From: Syncephalis fuscata S228
Taxonomy: Eukaryota; Fungi; Zoopagomycota
NCBI GenBank assembly: GCA_025786725.1
Contig: JAHLTZ010000001.1
Location: 930,001 to 994,000 of the forward strand
Reading direction: 5' to 3'
DNA: 64,000 bases
This document shows, piece after piece, positions 1-11,453 of this stretch. Every line of letters begins with the position of its first letter. Position 1 is the first letter of the stretch. The translations under genes and the position numbers were made by a program. The notes under the pieces are model-generated. The model had not been told where the DNA came from and ran no database searches. It saw nothing but the letters and a program-made list of their open reading frames with translations.

Positions 1-1375
1 TGCCGACATCGACAAGTCTGAATACGCTTCTTCCTTCAAAATGATGACCAGCCATACCTTGCCAATGCCTCTTTCAGCCCATCGTGAAAGCTTACCCTCT
101 ATCGAGCTGTATGACTACAGCCAGAAAACCAAGCCGATTAAAACTAGTCTACGGATCAATAATCGGCCGGCACCTATCGCCATTCCTGCAAAATCATCCA
201 CTAGTTCCGATGCTATGGATAGTGCTGTTTTTAGCGCTAATACCGCTAAGGAAAGCGGTTTTCCTGCGCATTTGACCTATTCGCCACACTTTCAGCATCG
301 TCGTGGATCTGATTCATTTTTATTTGATATGCCCTTGCGGGCCGGCCCTAGCGGCTATCCGTGGAATAGCAACACACCTCAGCCGGAGGCTGCAATGATG
401 TCGCGCGATCCGCGTCGTCACGGAAGTGAACGGCCTTATCTTAGTAAGAGCCGTGTCACCATTGATACTCAACCACTTGGCAGCGCTAGTGCAACCAATA
501 GTGCGCCACTCCAGCAACGTCATTCAGTTGTTGCTGTAGCTGGACGTTTTGCTACTCCAGCCGTCCCTGCCTTGCTTGCTGCCTATGATTCGACAGCCAA
601 CCCAACTGACATGTGTCAGAATAACGACACATTGTTGCCACCTACCTCACCTGATATTTTGGGCACTTCGCCGCCAGGTGTACACGCATGGCGACGTCGT
701 CGTTCTTTAACACCAGGCCCGATCAACACTCACATTAGCCCATCGGTATCAAACACGGCACCATTATCGTCGCAGTATCCTTCATCGGCAAATAAAATGC
801 ACGGAAATGATTCTACAAATCAGATCCGGCCTCGTTTAGAGCTTTGGGAGGCACGTCGTGAATTACGTGCCATGGGAGGTCTTGATGAACTGCTTGCTCA
901 GCCAGACGCAACGGTAAAGTGCACACTTACTCCAGTTGTGTGCCGTGATCCATACCGTATATCGCCGCTAAACTTGCGTGTCGAAGAAGAAGAAGAAGAG
1001 GACGAGGAGGAAAATGGCGACAACGACGAAGGAGTAGAAGGAGAAGGCATCTTTTTTGTTGACGGTGAAGATGCACTGCCTATGAAGCCCATCACTAGCT
1101 CTACAGGGTTACCGTGGAGCCATAGCTGGGAACATCAGCATAAAAATAATAGTTGGACTCATGGCCAACAAGATGGTGCAATTTCACGTAGCTATTCGGC
1201 GATCCCTCGTGCCATCGCTATGGAAAAGTCGGCTACTCTACCCCGTGCCGCAACATCTAATAGTTTACTTTGTGAAGAAGATGAATTAAGCAGCTTTAAT
1301 GCACTTTTACAAATTTCTTTAAAACCAACCAATATTCTTACTAATAATATCAGTATTAATAATAACGGGCTATAA
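1..1375 (+). CDS. Ser/Pro-rich low-complexity hypothetical protein (5' end probably outside window)
   Basis: 444-aa ORF; frame stays open to the window edge (ADIDKSEYASSFK before Met41); coding-like GC content; acidic tract EEEEEEDEEE. Confidence 0.75.
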   Translation, partial: ADIDKSEYASSFKMMTSHTLPMPLSAHRESLPSIELYDYSQKTKPIKTSLRINNRPAPIAIPAKSSTSSDAMDSAVFSANTAKESGFPAHLTYSPHFQHRRGSDSFLFDMPLRAGPSGYPWNSNTPQPEAAMMSRDPRRHGSERPYLSKSRVTIDTQPLGSASATNSAPLQQRHSVVAVAGRFATPAVPALLAAYDSTANPTDMCQNNDTLLPPTSPDILGTSPPGVHAWRRRRSLTPGPINTHISPSVSNTAPLSSQYPSSANKMHGNDSTNQIRPRLELWEARRELRAMGGLDELLAQPDATVKCTLTPVVCRDPYRISPLNLRVEEEEEEDEEENGDNDEGVEGEGIFFVDGEDALPMKPITSSTGLPWSHSWEHQHKNNSWTHGQQDGAISRSYSAIPRAIAMEKSATLPRAATSNSLLCEEDELSSFNALLQISLKPTNILTNNISINNNGL

Positions 1376-2684
1376 TCAACCAACAACTAATAATATAGTT
1401 CTAATAGGTTTGATTTATGTCATTAATATTTTTTAATAATGCGCGTAGCCATTGCCTTTGTGGCTTTGCGCAACAGCCATTAGCATCACATTTTTACCAA
1501 TATTTGCGCACTTTATGCTTGATTCACTTTCACCAAACATTTGATAATGATTTTTATAGCTTTGCTTTTTTGCTGATTATCTTAAAATTAGCAACTTGAA
1601 ACACTTATTTGTTTGTTATTTATGGTTAATTTTATTATTACACAATTTAAATACTAGTTTATATAAAATAATTAATAAAATAATAGTTATTTTTATATTA
1701 TAAACTATTATTAAAGCAATCATTACCATAGCTGCTACCACAGTTGTTAGTTAAAATACGTAGTACTGCTTCATTGATTACTGATAGGTTCCGTAATTAC
1801 ACTTGTTTTTAAAGTAAATTTAGTAAATTTACTTAATCTTTTAATATACTCGCTATTATACTGAATTTATGTTCTATGATAATGAGTAGTTTGGTGTCAA
1901 ATGACTTTTATTCTTGATGCACTATTGCTTCACTTGTTGTTCTATGATGTATCGACATGTTGGGTAGATTGACTTTTATTATTTACACTCCATTTATTAA
2001 TGAATTAAACTCGGCTGTTTATAAATATTGACTGACAGGTTCACAGCTCACAATCTACGTCATCACATTTTCCTTTCTCTTTCTTTACACTTGATAGCAT
2101 ATATCCATACCATATTTGTACACTCTATATATACTATATAGATAGTGCCATTAGTTGGCTGACTAATAGTCAAGTACAAACATTATTTACATTACTCTCT
2201 TGCATTGTTTTTGTAATTACCTTATTTACTCTGATCATCAGTATTAACAGTTTTTTTGGCAAGGTAAGTGTATCTTTGACTTGCTTTTACTACAGATTGC
2301 AATTGCAAGCCATCTAATAAAAGTATGTGCAATCTCAACAGTAGTGGTACAGTCTGTTACTACTGAGACTGTACAAACTATTGTTAGTACGATCTGCAGT
2401 GACAATCTATGGCAAACCAAAGCATACAACAGATTTGAAAATATATAGATTATATGTTGTATTACAAATAATAACAATTTAAAAAGTTACATTATATGCT
2501 ATATGCTAATATATGTGTTAATAAATATATATATATATATAATTGTAATAAATGGTGAATGGTATTAAATTGATAGTTATTGCGATTTCTGTTACTAGAG
2601 TTATAATTGATTGATAGCTAATGATGTTGATAATAATGTTGATTCATATTACTGTTACTATTGTAAAGTATTCAAAGTATCATA

Positions 2685-2772
2685 TTTGATGGCTGACGTC
2701 ATTCATCACTTAGTTCCATGTTTAATAAATAAAAAATTATTAAATGTAATCATTTGATCAACAAAAATAATT
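2685..2772 (-). repeat. Diverged inverted-orientation arm fragment of the long-TIR family, abutting the RraA 3' end
   Basis: tatttgatggctgacgtcattcatcacttagttccatgtttaata..tattaaatgtaatcatttga resembles 48230-48322. Confidence 0.5.
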
Positions 2773-2781
2773 GTTTATTTA

Positions 2782-3783
2782 CTAGCTACGATGTTTGGCA
2801 AATGTTTCTTGGATACTATGACCCGTTTGAAGATCGTTCATGCAAAGCTTGTCGATTTTGGATAAACGTTCGCACAATGGAAGAATATCGGCAATCCATT
2901 CGGGACATATGCGAATGACGCCATTGTTATCGGCCATAATAATATCATCGGGTCGAATACGGATAGCCGGCGAGTGGGTGCCTTGACAAATGTCTATGGG
3001 TTCACCTACACAATAAATATTAGTACCAAATTACAGCCAATAAAGTATTTTATGCCTACCAACGGCCGATGGTCGTGTGTAATTGCAAACACCGTAACAT
3101 GATGTGCCGCGAGCATACACCTATTTGTAGCATAAAGGTAAATACACCATGGCATAGCCAATTACTAGAGTACTTACGGGAAATCCCATAGCACGGCTCT
3201 CTTCAACATCTCGACAGCACCCGTCGATAATAACTCCTTGGACACCTAGATATTTGGCACGCGTGCTCATTAGACCGCCCCAGACCGCGTTAATAGATCC
3301 TGTTCAACATGACATTGGTTCAATGATGTCATGTTCTACAATGATATTATACCTGCAGGTGTACTCATAACAATAATGCTTCCAGCATTTGCCGAGTCGA
3401 CCTACATGTGGTCAAGATAGGTCAGGTACAAATGACATAGAATTGCAATTACTTACAAAGTGTCGGACCGGTACCGGTGCCTCCTTATCCTTTGTAGAAA
3501 CATGCTAAATACTACGGTAAGTATTGCTCTCTCTATATACGTTGTAACATAATACCTGCCTTTACTGTATGAGCTGGCCCAATAATAGCTGATGCATTAT
3601 TAGTAGAGGTGTGGAATTGAAGACCAGGTAGGAATCCATCGTATCCAAGTGCTTGCAGCGCATCGGCTACCTATTATATATATATACGTGTATATATTGT
3701 ATAAAAGTGTTTATTTTAGTTAAAAGGTATCAACATACGTCGCATGTAGAAAAATTGAGAAGTTGTTGGTAATCTTGGCTCAT
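2782..3783 (-). CDS. RraA-like / 4-hydroxy-4-methyl-2-oxoglutarate aldolase family protein (7 exons; absent from ORF track)
   Basis: Manual splicing gives MSQDYQQLLNFSTCD/VADALQALG...IIGPAHTVK/HVSTK.../...AVWGGLMSTRAKYLGVQGVIIDGCCRDVEE.../...IRPDDIIMADNNGVICI...FAKHRS*; hallmark motifs STCDVADAL, WGGLM, DGxxRD. Confidence 0.9.
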
Positions 3784-4315
3784 TGTTCAAAAAGACAACA
3801 ACAAGTGACAGTAGGTAGTGGCAGGAAAACAAATTGAATATGTAAGCTGAATATAGAGTATTGATAGCAATAGAATGGTATGTGTAAGACTATAAAACTC
3901 CTGAGGGGTAAAATGGGAGATTTTTATTCGTAGTTAATTACACAGCTTAGCATTTTAGTAATTAAAAATAAAACGTGTAATAGTGTGCAGCTATCTAAGA
4001 ATGTTTAATAATAATAGAATATCAATATTATTGGTGGGTTTAAAGTTAAAATAACAATATAGCTATTTATTATGTTTGTTGCATGCTGTATTGTCGATTT
4101 ATATATCCATAGACAGCTATAACAAAGAGTTAAAAATAAAAGAATATTGTTAAAGTATGTAAAAAGACTTGTCAATTATGTTGGCATTAGTCATGTGTAT
4201 TTACAGTAAAACTGTAGCTGCATCATAACAATCCTATCTAAAGGCGTGGTATAAATTATTATTATTATAACATAATAATAAACAAACCTTATTTGTTCAC
4301 CAAAAAGAAATAACC

Positions 4316-5624
4316 ATGTCTGTACTCGATGAAACAAAGCCATATGTGCATGTTCCTGGTGTAAACCACTTGTCAAAGCCGCCTAGCCCACATCAAGCGA
4401 CCAAAGTATCTAAACTTCATGCTTCAAACAGCTTTGGAGCTGGTATTAAAATAGGCATTATAGATGGTGGTGTCGATTATACCCATTCTGCTCTTGGTGG
4501 CCACTTTAGTCCTGGCCATAAAGTTGCATTTGGTTATAATTTTGTTGGTAATGACTTTACTGGCTTTAATAATCCGGTACCAAGCGATGATCCCATTGAT
4601 ACTTGCAATGGTCAAGGTACTCGAGTTGCCGGTATTATTGCCGGTAAACAGAACCCATTCTATGGTGTTGCACCTGATGCAACATTGGGTGCATACCGTG
4701 TATCTGGATGTGTCGGTACTACAGCTATTGGAGATTATTGTTATGCCAACTCATGCTAGAGCCGGTCCAGCTATGAATGACATAGTAACAATAGTTGAAG
4801 AAATGATTAGTCTTGGTGTAGTAATTGTAATGTCAGTTGCTAGTGGCAATCAGTACAAAAATATGGTGGACATTTCTTCGCCAATTCGATCCTATGTGTT
4901 GCTAGTTGGTGGTATTGTCATGCCATTCAATATGCCTTACTGGTTTTCACTAAAAAGCATCTATGACGTGCCAATTCCTTATAAAACCAATTGCCATAAT
5001 ATAAATCATAAATTGGATTTGATAAACGCCGCTCCTGCTATTGGTAAACTATCAAGCGATGCCAGATGTCGACTTATTGGGGATGTCAAAGAAAATAATG
5101 CTTTTATGAGGTTTAACAATTGTTTTCCTAGTCAATTACTGGCTGAAGCAAACAAACATAATGCTAAGGGCGTTATCATGGAATTAAAGGAACAATCATT
5201 ACAGTCAATTGTTTGTAAACTTTCTTTATTCTACGTTCAGTCATATTACTTTAATCAACTATTAAAACATCTAGAAATAACTCATCCGGTACAATTGAAC
5301 TTTGAAGAAAAAGTAGGCCAATTGAATATACCTGAAATGATACATGTAGATGCAAATTCGGCACAAGACTTTTCGTTGACTGCCTTATCCTATCCAAATG
5401 TTTCAGCAACAAGTGCCAGGTTATTTACGACTATACCAGTAAGGGAAGGCTTCTATGAACTAGCTGATGAATTATCGCTTGCAGCTGCCTATGCTGCAGG
5501 TACTGCTGCTCTTTTTGTTCATGACGACGACAGAAAAAGAGTAATGATTAGTTTATTAAAAGTTAGATTTAGCAATACTGCTTTGCCAGTTATAGATAAA
5601 AACGTAATCATGAATTCTTTCTGA
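4316..5624 (+). pseudogene. Degenerate S8 subtilisin-like peptidase (pseudogene or catalytically dead)
   Basis: GIKIGIIDGGVDYTHSALGG, GVAPDATLGAYRV; His motif HGTHVAG is QGTRVAG; Ser motif GTSMAxPYxAG is ELSLAAAYAAG; frameshift near 4720 joins ORFs 4316 and 4464; no signal peptide or prodomain seen. Confidence 0.8.
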
Positions 5625-8329
5625 TTATATTGCAATTAATATTAATAAAAATACAGCGTCTATACTGTTTGATGATGTTGTTTGTGTTTCATAGGCTAAA
5701 ATTACAAATAAAACTGATTAGAGCAGCAATTTAATGTAAATTAATTAAATGTAGTTATGTTTATTATTTGATGATTATTAAATCAAACGTTGTTACTATC
5801 TTGCTGCTATAGGTTCATTGTTATAATAGCTAACTAAAAAATACATTATGTGATTAAATAAATATCCTAATATTGCATGTGATTGTTCGCAGGAATAATA
5901 CATCAATTGGATAGTAACAATAACTGATAATAAACATACAAGCAACACAAGAATATGATCAGTGAATAATTTATGATTACAGCTACTGTTACAGATAGTA
6001 TTATAATCATTATGACAGTTTTTATTATTGCAGTTATTATCAGCATTAATTACTATTAACACTATTATTATTATTATAATCATCAATATCTTTTATTTAT
6101 TGAAGAAATAACATATTTTTATTATATTCTTTATTTGGCTGTGTTTACAGATAAAGTAACAGCACATAAACAGCGTATCATACCAAAATTGTACCGCCAA
6201 GTGTAGGAGTTGTTAGTGAAACCCATGAGATATCCGCAGTCACACTTGTATAGATCTAGTTTAGGCGATTTTCAGCTATCCTTGTCGTAAAAATCTACCA
6301 TCCTATTCCACATGCAGCCTTTTTTTGCTGTCTTACCTGTTATTCAACTTTGCGCATATGCTTAAAACACACCGAATGTTCTCGTGCCTTTGTTTTGTTT
6401 CATATGTGCTTATTTCCTATGAAATAGAAGAAGAACAAGTAAAGAATAAAAGAAGCGTGTGCATATCCATCTGTACAAACACCACCAGGATCTACTAAAC
6501 GTGCACAATTACTATTGGAAGAATTCTACGAAAGAATTCTTTTTATAGGACTAACAGGATATAGACGGCAATTAGGGTCTATCGGTTATCCCCTACTTCC
6601 ATTTTAATGGCGTGCGTATCCATTTGCAGTGTACAAAAACGTGCTTATTGCCTTTGTGCTTTAGATTGTCGTCATTCCAACAGTAGCGGCTGCCGTTGAG
6701 CGACTCACATGGCCACATCCGTAACGTATATTGGTATTTCTCGGTAATTGTGCTTTGAAGCGGCGGAGTTTGCCGTTGTATAGCGCAGATTATCAGCTGA
6801 ATTCACCTAGGCTGTTCCATTCGGCGTACAGCAAGGGCTGACTGCCGCCTTTTCATGCCAAAGTGTATGATTGGCCAATGATCAATTGCAGCTAGCTTAT
6901 GGCTCCGCTTTAGATAAGGCATAGCACGCTCATTGGTAGACATTATCTTGCTCCCACATCGGCATTTGTATGTGTTTTCTAAAAGGAAGTATATTTGCGC
7001 GGAGTATTGCTTATGGAAGTCACAGCAATGCATTGTAAATGGTCTGTTAAACAAGCTATTTACAGAACTTCAGCTTGTTTGGTACAAGAAAATAAAGCTG
7101 CAGACAAATAAACTAGAATCTATACATTGTACAAAAGTCTTATTTGTTTATCCGACTTGCAACTAATCAACAACAACTAACTAACAAGCAAATCATTAAC
7201 AAGGACTGAATAGAGAGCCACAAGAAAAGAACTGACGAAATTGTAGAATATCCAAGGGAATTTTACTGCTCTTGGCTAGTCCGGGAACCTTTGGCATTGC
7301 ACTGCTTGCAGTTGCAACGCATCTACGACAGAGATGGCTCGGTATACAAATGTGTGAGTATGGAAGAGACGAGACAGGGAAAGATTAGGCGCGGAGAGGC
7401 GAGTGAAGTTGATGGATGACGAATGGCCCATTGTCGGTGAACAGCTCGGTTGACTGTGTGATGTGTACACAGTGGACGAGATAGAGTGCTGCCACTACTA
7501 CCATTAAGCAAGGTGAGAATTATAAAAGGCGGCCCTGATAATACAATTCATATTCAAGCTACGCTTTTCCGTCTGTCTCACTTGGATCGATTTGCAAGTG
7601 TGCTTGCCATTACTTGTTCTTCGTTGGCTAAACAACGCCTTTTTCCGTTTATTCTTCTTACCAGCACTATTCACTCATCCACTCATCGACTCATCACTTT
7701 ATCTCTTCTATTTAGTGGCTCTAGTATTGTTTACTACCACTTGTTGTTATTACAACTTGTGTGTGTGTGTGCGCACGTGTGGACACGGTCATCTTTGTCT
7801 CTTCTTCATTCAACGTATTCTAAACGCGACTATTGTCCTTTAGTGCGTTGTCATCGCTCTAATTGATACTTGCCGGTGTGCACGTGTCAATATTTTTATT
7901 TCTACGCTGCTTGCAGCTACTACTCTTTCTTTTTATTGATAGTTTGGTACACAGTGCCGCCACATCTTTTTTATTTCTTTGTGACGTCTTGGCGCGTTGC
8001 AAACCGTTTCTTGTTGCGCCAAATACGACGATAACACTTGCTTGCACGTGTTCTACCCTCCGTTTACGTCAACGCACCGCTTTACTTTTTTGTGCATATT
8101 TTCTATTTTAACTAGGCTCTAAAAGTACCTATTATTTTTTTCTTTCTTTTTTGCTCAGTGATTACTGATAACTATAGTGTGTGTGTGTGTGTTATACGTA
8201 TAGTGGCTAAGTTCACCACTAACATAACCAACACCATCTATTATCGCTGTATTGTAGTCATCATAACTACTATTTCATCTATTTGTTTTATACGTTAATC
8301 AGCTAGTTGTTTTACGTATATAATTCAAT

Positions 8330-10939
8330 ATGACTACCGACGTTGGAGGCATCATTGCGGGTGCCAATCCGATTGTATTCAATAGCGGTAATCCTCTGCC
8401 ACTCTTTCTTATACAGGTAAGTTGTTGTTAAATAACACGTATGATAACTTTATTAAATCAATCGTATGATATGTGCTAGGCTATGGTGATTATTCTGCTA
8501 TGTCGTATACTACAATATCCACTCTCCTATCTACGTCAACCGCGTGTTATTGCCGAAGTCATTGGCGGTATTCTACTGGGACCTACGGCATTTGGTCGCA
8601 TCGACGGATTTACTAGTACGCTCTTCCCGCCTGCATCACTGCCTATGATCAATTTGGTTGCCAATTTCGGTCTAGTCTTCTTCTTATTCTTGGTTGGTCT
8701 TGAACTGGATCCAGGCATGCTAATCAAGTCAGCCCGTCGTACAGTTGGTATATCCTTGGCCGGTATGGCTCTTCCATTTGGCGTGGGTGTGGCCGTTTCC
8801 TACGCACTCTACCAGCAACTAGGTGAATCATTCAAGGAAAAAGGATTTGGCGGCTTCTTGCTGTTCTGTGGCATTGCTATGGCCATTACTGCCTTTCCTG
8901 TACTGGCTCGTATTCTAAGTGAACTCGGTCTACTTAAAACACATGTCGGTTCGATTACCATTTCTGCTGCTGCTGTGGACGATGCTGTTTCCTGGTGCTT
9001 GCTGGCCTTGGTTATTGCTATCGTTAATGCAGGTAGTGGCATTCATGCGCTCTATATCTTCTTGGTCGCTATTGGTTACGTTCTCTTTTTGATTCTGGTA
9101 ATACGGCCAGCATTTGTACGTTACGTCATGCCACGTTACTACAATCCCGAAGTCGGTCCATCTCAGCTTATTGTTACTATTGTTGTTCTTATGGTCTTTA
9201 TCAGTGCTTTCTTTACTGATGCATTGGGCATTCATGCAATTTTCGGTGGTTTTGTCGTCGGTGTTATTATGCCACACGAAGGTGGATTTGCCGTTAAACT
9301 AACGGAAAAGATTGAAGATCTGGTTACTGTCGTATTCCTTCCGCTCTACTTTGCTCTATCCGGTCTCAAGACAGAAATTGGCCTGCTTAATGATGGCAAA
9401 TCCTGGGGTATGGTCATTCTAGTCATTGTTGTAGCCGTTGGTGGCAAGGTCATTGGCTGTTCAACTGTGGCCAAACTTAGCGGCATGACATGGCGTGAAG
9501 CATTATCTGTTGGCTTCCTTATGAACTGTAAAGGTCTAGTCGAATTGATTGTATTGAATCTTGGTTTGGACGCCGGCGTTATCGACAAGAAGGTATTTGC
9601 CATTTTGGTACTTATGGCTCTAGTTACTACATTCATTACCACGCCAATGATTATGTGGCTGTATCCACCACGTTACTGGCGCACTGTTAAGGGCATGACC
9701 CGTGCCAACAGCCGTATGGCATCACCTATTGCTACCATGAGTGGCAATGTAACACCATCAGAACTATTGGTATGTCTTAGCCGAATGCGCCAAGTACCCG
9801 CTATTATGCAGTTGATCCGTGTATTGGCTCCACGTCGCCGTAAAGCATCCAATCGCCGAGTAGTCCATGCACTCCGTCTCGTTGAACTTGGACAACGTGA
9901 ATCAGCTGTTATGCGTGGTCAAGAAGTACTAGAGCTTATTCGTCACGATCCAGTCAGTAATGTACTACGGGCATTTGGCCAATTGAGCGGTGTTACTGTT
10001 GATGCTGCTATGACAGTTGCTGAAATGTCTGGCTATCCAAATGCAGTGGCCGATCATTCTATGGATATTGATGCTGGACTAGTTGTTGTACCATGGACTA
10101 TTGCCACCAAAGGTAACACTGGTGCCGGTATCGATGATGATGAAATTGTACCCACCTACGATACAAGCTCTCCACTAGCCTATCTTAGTGAAGATCCACG
10201 ACATGCTGCATTCATCGAAGGCCTATTTACTACTGTGACCTGTTCATGTGCCGTAGTTATTGACCGTGGCCTTGGTAATGGTGAAGTGACAGTCAAATTT
10301 GAACAACCAGAGAAGAAAGCATCTCAACCTGTAACGATGACATCAGTAGCTGTCGCACCTGACACTACAACCGGTAACAATAACAACAACAACAGCAATG
10401 ATACAGGTGCATCTACACCAGAAGAATCAACTGTACCAGGTGCCACAGATACACCACTACCAATGACATTTACCCGTCGTGAAGCACTGGGCTCAGATGA
10501 AGATGAAGAAGAGGCAAACTTTGACCAAGCTGGTCGTGCTATTACCTTCTTCTTTGGCGGTGCCGATGATCGACGAGCCATTGAAATTGCCCAAACGATG
10601 ACACGTAACGGTGTACGCGTCACTGTCATCCGTTACCATTCACCGGGTGAAGTTATTCCCGAATCAATTGACCAAGCACTATTTAGTGAATTGAGTCGCC
10701 GTATTACCGTTATTGATGTCACTCTATCGATGTCCGATGCCCGTATTGATGCGGCCAATCGTATGAAAGAACTTAGTCAACGTGATGTTGTACTTATTGG
10801 TAGAAATGAACAAGATACTGCTGAACCAGTTGTGGGTGTACTTGGTACCACTGCTGTCCAACTATTAAAAGCAGGCTGTCCATCAAGTATGATGGTAGTT
10901 CGTGGTCCACTTCCCACTGACTATGGCACCAATTACTAA
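8330..10939 (+). CDS. KHA1: CPA2-family cation/H+ (K+/H+) antiporter, Kha1/CHX-like
   Basis: Exon 1 8330-8416 (MTTDVGGIIAGANP...LFLIQ), GT-AG intron 8417-8479, long exon 2; motifs RQPRVIAEVIGGILLGPT, AITAFPVLARIL, LMNCKGLVELIVLN. Confidence 0.93.
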
Positions 10940-11030
10940 ATATTGAAAAGGATAAAGACAGATACACTAACCACCACTATATACTGATAATTGATAATAA
11001 TAATAATTACTCTTATTCTCATTCTCATTC

Positions 11031-11071
<41 letters not shown>
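11031..11071. repeat. (ATT)n microsatellite between convergent KHA1 and FRS1 3' ends
   Basis: About 13 consecutive TTA/ATT units; further AAC/ACT low-complexity tracts at 11210-11295. Confidence 0.9.
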
Positions 11072-11453
11072 TTATTAACAGTATGACACAGATTTATATA
11101 AATGTATATTTTTGTGTGTGTGTGTGTTTAATATTCAGTCAATCTAGTTTCTAGTTTCAATTTCAATCTTTTCTTTAGTTTACATACAACTATGTATGTG
11201 TATACTACATAATAACAATAACAACAATAACAATAACAACAACAGCATCAATCATACTAATACTATACTAACTACTACTACTAATAATAATAATACTAAT
11301 CATGTTGATATCATTGCCATGATAACAAGATTATATGGATCCATTATTTATTATGAATAATAAACATTGGTTACAACTTTTACTATAATTGCGCTATGTA
11401 GAAAGTATCTTTAATCTTTCAATAATGATGATGGTTAAAAAGACATCTTTCCA

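Noticed and set aside
2694-2701. TGACGTCA (also at ~60778) as CRE sites
   Set aside because: Both lie within diverged copies of the foldback arm (consensus TGACATCA)
5796-6086. 96-aa hydrophobic ORF
   Set aside because: Arises from AT-rich ATT/AAT low-complexity sequence
6150-7054. YKCDCG / YKCRCG-containing minus-strand frames as a zinc-finger gene
   Set aside because: Short frames interrupted by stops, with no splice structure; likely coincidence
7486-8111. ORFs upstream of KHA1 as genes or uORFs
   Set aside because: Mostly non-ATG starts; Leu/Phe/Cys bias reflects pyrimidine-rich leader DNA
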